Shown here: one piece after another, positions 35,665 through 42,462 of the stretch
How the letters are laid out: the number at the start of each line of letters is the position of its first letter
How positions within the stretch are numbered: position 1 is the stretch's first letter
Assembly: GCF_001194135.2 (NCBI RefSeq)
Contig: NC_069008.1
Span: forward strand, 15,678,962 to 15,721,423
Direction of reading: 5' to 3'
DNA: 42,462 bases
Origin: Octopus bimaculoides
Lineage: Eukaryota
Notes under the pieces: model-generated
Seen by the model: the letters and a program-made list of their open reading frames with translations, nothing else
What the model was told of the DNA's origin: nothing
Database searches by the model: none
Program-made: the position numbers and the translations under genes

Positions 35665-36095
35665 AAAAAGGGAAACAATTCCATGTTACTGTAGAAGAGA
35701 GAAGTGATACAAAGAGGAAGTGACTTCATTGATTCTATACAAAGAACTAAACTCTAATCACAAGAGAGTGGAATTGAGTATCCTGTTGATGTTGTTGTTC
35801 AGTCGCTTTCTGTTTCTGATCCCTGGACTGAATAGTATTGTCATATTTATGTAATAATCGACAAAGGAATCACGGTGGAGAGGATCAGTGAGAAGAAGGT
35901 GGACAATAGTAGACAGATTGTGAAGGACAAGGAAAAAAGGTGGAGACATTGGACAAAGATTGGAAATGGAATTCAGGAATTTAGAGTGAAATACAAGAAG
36001 ACCCTTACCCAGCACTGGGACATTAATGATCGATTTCATTGATCGATTGATTGGACTCCCTCCTATATATCTACGTAAATTCTAAAGTAAGATAT
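35665..36095 (+). promoter_or_regulatory. Conserved upstream cassette of ZNF G
   Basis: GGAAGTG at 35716-35722; ATTGG boxes; donor-like AAA|GTAAGA at 36087. Confidence 0.65.
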
Positions 36096-36288
36096 TTTAT
36101 TGTTTATAATATATTATTAAAGGATGTTTATGTCGGTATATTTAGTGTTACTAATTTACAGGCTCCCTCATTGTCTCATAACATATTACGTGGAATTCCT
36201 AAATGTCTGCAAACACCCGTGAGCACTTTGATATCTGAGGTGTGGTACGTTGTGCAACTAGGTGGACGTCAATTTGATGGAATGAACT

Positions 36289-36540
36289 GGCGATCTTTCG
36301 ATACTAGGCCGGAATATCGGCCTTTTCCGTAAAAAGTGTCTTCGGCGATCTTTACCAGAGATCGGCCTTTTCTGTAACACCCGCACGATCTTCACTAGGG
36401 TGTTAGGGTTAGGGTTTTAATGTCAGGGTTAGGGTTTGTTTGCTGCTTACCACTATCTATCTTTCTTAACCCTAACCCTAGTGAAGATCGTGCGGGTTAC
36501 GGAAAAGGCCGGTATTCCGGCCTAGTATCGAAAGATTGCC
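36289..36540. repeat. Foldback (MITE-like) element with internal TTAGGG/CCCTAA repeats
   Basis: Long inverted arms (GATCTTTCGATACTAGGCCGGAATA.CGGCCTTTTCCGTAA and CCCGCACGATCTTCACTAGGG) ending inward in telomere-type repeats. Confidence 0.8.
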
Positions 36541-37486
36541 CATACGAGAAATCTTTCACGAAATACGGTTCTTAGAATTCAGGTATGAGCAGTTATAAAA
36601 ACCCTGATTTGGGGGAAATAAATCAGTGTTCATTGGTTGTCACTTGATTTCATGACACTCACTTGCCTGAGATTTGGTTGTTATGATGCCAAGTCTTTTG
36701 TCTAATTCATAAAGGCTATTTTGAATTGGTGTTTAAAACTTTTTGCAGCCTAGTTATAAATTTTATGTTGTAAACCTCTATGACAGTCTTCTTTTGACTT
36801 GTAAAAATATACGTAAATAAATTTAGTGAATAATTTCTTTTTCTTCATTTTCTTCAACCTGTTTTTGTAACTATTGAAACTGTTTTTAACGCAGAGAAAA
36901 AGGTTGTGCTTATGCATATTCAACATACATGCACGTTCAACGTCTTGGTGTGTGTAAGTCACTACAACGTTTATGTAGTCTGAGCTAGGATTTATGTATG
37001 GTGATAAAATACTTATAATGAAGTTATAAGTGACGGATTTATCACCACAGATTCCTGCTCAAGAAATATTTAATATTTATATTTATTATAATTTCATGTC
37101 GAACACATTATAAATAGATTAAATTATCTAATTGTTATAGATAAATTTCCACTGTAAGTCCGATAGATCTGTCATTTTAATGAATTTTAATTACTTTTTT
37201 CTGATGATATCTGAAAAGAAACAGCAATTTTAGCAAAACATTAAGCAACACTAATAATAAATTTAAAAAAAACGTAAAAATAAACAAGCTTTTGACGGTT
37301 TTATAGATATTTCAAAATTATGATGCTAGGTGTTTCCATTATTTTGTCTAACCCCTGTATGTTATTGTCCGCTAACCTAAATAATATTACACAATGTGAA
37401 AATGTAGCTGTAGTTTACAAACATGTAAGCTACACACAAGATTCTGTGATGCAAATATTAATACATTAAAAAGTCCAGTTGTTCAG

Positions 37487-37598
37487 GTAAATGTTTCTTT
37501 CTAAAGTTATCTCTGAAAAATATTGTAAATTTTCCACCATTGAACAGTACTTTTAAGTAGCCTCTATATCTTATACTGTTGTTTATTTATTATTTCAG
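37487..37598 (+). other. Putative short 5'-UTR intron of ZNF G
   Basis: Same donor and acceptor context; 112 nt. Confidence 0.65.
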
Positions 37599-37869
37599 AA
37601 TATCAAATAAATATGATATAACAGATGATACATTCTCAGTATATATCCTCGTTTGAAGACCAAGGGAATATGTTGTCCAGAACAGATATACAAAAAAAAT
37701 TTCTATAAATCTGTGGTAGAATTCAGTGGAATATTTGCTCTGATCTGAAATTCTTTGAACTGGTTCTGTACATAATTGTCTGGAATGTCTACAAGATGAA
37801 TATGAGTTCATTCAACATGGATAAATTTACCAAAGCATTGATTAGACAAGAAATATTTGTAACGAGTAA

Positions 37870-38745
<876 letters not shown>

Positions 38746-40901
38746 CTGCATCCATGTTAAAATTCATAACAAGCATATTTTAAGCATCATCTAAACTGGG
38801 TGTTGCCCTGTGTGTTTTAGCCATCACAATAACCATTCCACTCATTGTGTCTCTCCTTTTAGGCTGTCATTTACAGCTGGTAGACCTTCTCTGATACAAA
38901 CTCCATTCGTTTTTTTGTTTCAGCATTGAAGGATATGTCAAAATTCATCTAAAGAGGAAAGAAAATAAAAGTGAAAAGCTCTAATGAATAACTTTAAATG
39001 TGTTCTGACAGGAATGGATGTACGGCAGTGTTTGATAACAGATTCTCAACAATATATTTTATATCGCTACAACTCTATCTACATTGATGAGATATTCAAA
39101 CCAATATTGTTATATTTGGGTGGAGTCATGATTAATAAAGTCTATAAACACCCTAATTAGTTATAGTTTGTTTTTATTTCGTTTGAATTTTGTGTTCCAG
39201 TTTCAAAGCAGTCGTTTATCCTATGTACAGCTCTCTCAATGTTTGCAAGGAAAATATTTTGTTGGGACAGAAGCAAACATCAATTGCTGAAGAAATTGAA
39301 GTGAAACATAGACAGCCAACAACCAGTGTGGGTCGTTATAGGCTTTATTCATTATGAATCTTGCCATGTTTAACAATGTTTTTCATATTACTCGTGTATA
39401 ATCCATGTAACACATTTTCAGAAATGGTTTATTTTGACACTGTTTTTCCCATCCTGTTCTTTCCTTTTTCTCCACTAGTCCACCTCTAACATAGTTTTGG
39501 GACGTTCACACTCTACCCTTTCTCTTCTAAGTGTGGTACCCTTCAACATCTACTTTGTGGCCCTTTCTCTGCCTCCTTTTCTTTCATAACCCTCGTCTCT
39601 GCTTTTTCAATACCTCAGCATCTCTTCTCATTTTTCTCCCTCTCATATACCCATAAAACACCCCTATAATTCTCTTTTATTGTTGCTTTCAGCATTCCTC
39701 TTCAACCTAGTTTGTTGCTCCCCTTCTGTCCCCCTTCCCCCACACCTGTGCATCCTTGCTCCTTTTAATGTTGAAGACCCTAGGATCCCTATCACATTTT
39801 CAACATTATTTCTCCCTTTCCTCCATCCTGTCTATAATTCCTTCCCCCCTCTCCTTGTTCCCTATCACGCTCCCCAATCTTTTCCTCGTACGTATCGTTC
39901 CTCATCCTTCTGCTGAGGTTCATCGCTCATTCTCCTTTCATTTCTCCATCAATTATAGGGTCCACTTTTGGACCCTATAACTTACAAGGTTAACATAACT
40001 TGTGATGGTGCCATGCAAAAACACCCACCCTCAACATTATAAAACTTGGTTTGTCTTCTTAAGAATAGCATTCAGATATAGAGACTCCACCAAAGGAAAT
40101 GTTGAAGCAGCAGTCCTCCCACTCCTCTAACATTTTATACCATTCTACCTGTACCAACTTGGAAGCTGGACGTAAATATTCTTTCTACTGTAAGATCAAA
40201 GCCTAAAATTTCTACAATAAGGTGAAGGGGTAGTTGATTGCATCAAACAAAGTGCTCAGATGGTACCTATTTCATCAACCCAAACGTGAAAGGAAGAGTC
40301 GACCATGGTGCACTTTGAACGCAGGATGTAAAGATGTACGAAATGCTGCGAAGCAACGATACTGCTTTTGAACAGAGATAAATAATAATGATACTGAGTG
40401 TGATGAAAGTGGGTCTGGCTCTGCGGAAGTCCTACGGATATTCACTGAGGAGAAAGCAGGATTCAATGTGTTAGAGAAACTCGGTGGAAGTAAAGAATAT
40501 GCACACCACCGTAACCCTAACCTTAAACGCTGGGTGTGCGTACTCTTATCTTCGCCGAAAACTCATAATTTCTATTACTTTAGACGTATTCGAAGTGAGT
40601 CCGACTGGGTGAAGGTTTGCTGGGTTGAAGAGATAGTCTTTCTATGCAATGGGACACATTGAAACGATCTTCCAAACGCCAGGGTATATCCTCGTTGTGA
40701 GTGAGAGATTAATGTTTATTTTCTTAAATCAAATTGTTATCTTGATGCTAATATTTCTCCTTATTAGTTGAAATCCCACCGGCGTCAACTTTGCCTTTCA
40801 TCTTTCCAGGATGGGGATTGAGAAAGTAGAATGCCTGTCTAATGGTGATCAGTGATGTGAAAGTGGGAACGAAGGGTTTAAAGAATGTTACTGTGTCTAT
40901 T

Positions 40902-41289
40902 GGAGGCGCAATGGCCCAGTGGTTAGGGCAGCGGACTCGCGGTCATAGGATCGCGGTTTCGATTCCCAGACCGGGCGTTGTGAGTGTTTATTGAGCGAAA
41001 ACACCTAAAGCTCCACGAGGCTCCGGCAGGGGATGGTGGCGAACCCTGCTGTACTCTTTCACCACAACTTTCTCTTACTCTTACTTCCTGTTTCTGTTGT
41101 GCCTGTAATTCAAAGGGTCAGCCTTGTCACACTGTGTCACGCTGAATATCCCCGAGAACTACGTTAAGGGTACACGTGTCTGTGGAGTGCTCAGCCACTT
41201 GCACGTTAATTTCACGAGCAGGCTGTTCCGTTGATCGGATCAGCTGGAACCCTCGACGTCGTAAGCGACGGCGTGCCAACAACAACAAC
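40902..41289 (+). mobile_element. Full-length tRNA-derived SINE (family S2) with (AAC)n tail
   Basis: A-box TGGCCCAGTGG, B-box GGTTTCGATTCCC, AAC-repeat tail, 12-bp TSD ACTGTGTCTATT. Confidence 0.9.
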
Positions 41290-41315
41290 ACTGTGTCTAT
41301 TATATCCTGCGTTAA

Positions 41316-41515
41316 GTCGGTGAGCTGACAGAAACGTTAGCACGCCGGGCGAAATGCTTAGCGGTATTTCGTTCTGAGTTCAAATTCCTCCGAGGTTGAC
41401 TTTGCTTTCATCCTTTCGGGGTCGATAAATTGAGTACCAGTTACGTAATGGGTCGACCTAACCGACTAGCCCCTTCCTCAAAAATTTCGGTCTTTGTGCC
41501 TAAGGCAGAAACGAT
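41316..41515 (+). mobile_element. SINE family S3 (central GACTTTGC..TTTCATCC..GGGGTCGATAAA domain)
   Basis: tRNA-like head GGTGAGCTG..GAGTTCAAATTCC and a conserved central domain. Partial copies at 28915-29010 (+), 35455-35550 (-), 40765-40830 (+), 40270-40360 (-) and about 7050-7200 (-). Confidence 0.75.
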
Positions 41516-41727
41516 TATACCCTGTGTTGATGCCATCGACTAATCAATCCGATCCAATGAAATTATTCTGTGCTTGTACCTAAATTAGAAGTAATTTAGA
41601 CAGCAAAGGCATGACCCATGCTCTCTGCATAGAGTGAACGTCGTCTGTCGTCTTTTAATTTTGTCCACTTCGCATCCCAACAAGAACTAAATTATTTCAG
41701 CCGCTTCTAATATTTTGAAATACAAAG

Positions 41728-42130
41728 CAGGGAAACAACTCTATGTGTCTAGATTTAGTGACAAGTAATACTGACAAAGAGGAAGTGATATCATTATATT
41801 GTATACCAAGAACTGTAGAGAGTGCTATTCAGTATTCCGTCGGTGTTGTTGTTTAATTGGATTCCAGGCTAGATCCCTAATCTGAATAATATTGTCTTAA
41901 TTATATAATTGACAGAGATGATAGATTGAGACAGAATGAGACATCCTAGGCGATAGAATGAGACAGATTGCGTGAGAGAGTAAAAAAAAGAGTAACGAGA
42001 AACAAGGTGGAAAGATTGGAAGTGGAATTCAGGAATTTAGAGTGGAATCCTAGAAGACCTTTTACCCAGTACTGGGACATTAATGATTGATTTCATTGAT
42101 CCATTGATTGGACTAAATTCTCAGGTAAGG
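41728..42130 (+). promoter_or_regulatory. Conserved upstream cassette of a predicted eighth paralog (H) beyond the window edge
   Basis: GGAAGTG at 41781-41787; donor CAG|GTAAGG at 42125; 3' half nearly identical to the F cassette. Confidence 0.6.
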
Positions 42131-42462
42131 TATTTTACTGTTTCTAATGTACTATAAAACAATAATTTAGTCAGTTTAATTAGATTCACTAACCACAGGC
42201 TCCTCATTATCTCATAAAGTATTATTTACACTTATATATACGCGGAATCCCTGAACGTCTACGAACATTCACGAGCATGTTGCTCTGCGATCGCTTTCAT
42301 ATCTGACGGGTGGCACCTGTAAAGGTGGATGTTAAAGTGATGGAGGGGGTGAGCTATTGTGCAGCACAAAATCATTATAAACAAAATATCTGCAGGTTTT
42401 TCTGCAATAGATTGCAAAACAGTCTTTTTTGGAGTCGAGGGATTACCATAATATAAATATAT

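Noticed and set aside
40902-40980. tRNA-like sequences at SINE heads (also 13074 and 29028)
   Set aside because: A and B boxes are present, but they continue into SINE bodies with tails and TSDs and lack a proper acceptor stem; not functional tRNA genes.

Overview
AT-rich eukaryotic draft-assembly window with nine N gaps. The SINE and RTE repeat content and the style of the zinc-finger genes fit a coleoid cephalopod (Octopus-like); that assignment is inference, not checked. The window is a tandem cluster of seven paralogous C2H2 zinc-finger genes, labelled here A-G. Each has a single coding exon, about 9-12 fingers with TGEKP linkers, a short N-terminal leader and no KRAB/SCAN/BTB/ZAD domain. 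A, B and C lie on the minus strand and D-G on the plus strand, diverging from about 19.6 kb; the upstream cassette of a probable eighth copy (H) is at the right edge. The duplicated unit is much larger than the CDS. Each copy has (i) a roughly 400 bp upstream cassette with an invariant GGAAGTGA core, ATTGG boxes and a splice donor, (ii) a conserved 102-130 nt 5'-UTR intron, and (iii) a conserved 3' flank, with AATAAA in B-G. Copies are mosaic: there is a near-identical tract shared by inverted genes B and D, finger modules are shuffled, and A and B show decay. Interspersed are tRNA-derived SINEs, RTE-LINE remnants, hAT MITEs with exact 8-bp TSDs, foldback elements, and an internally deleted Hsmar1-like mariner lying sense in intron 1 of gene B with its DNA-binding-domain ORF intact. 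No rRNA, bona fide tRNA or CRISPR features are supported.
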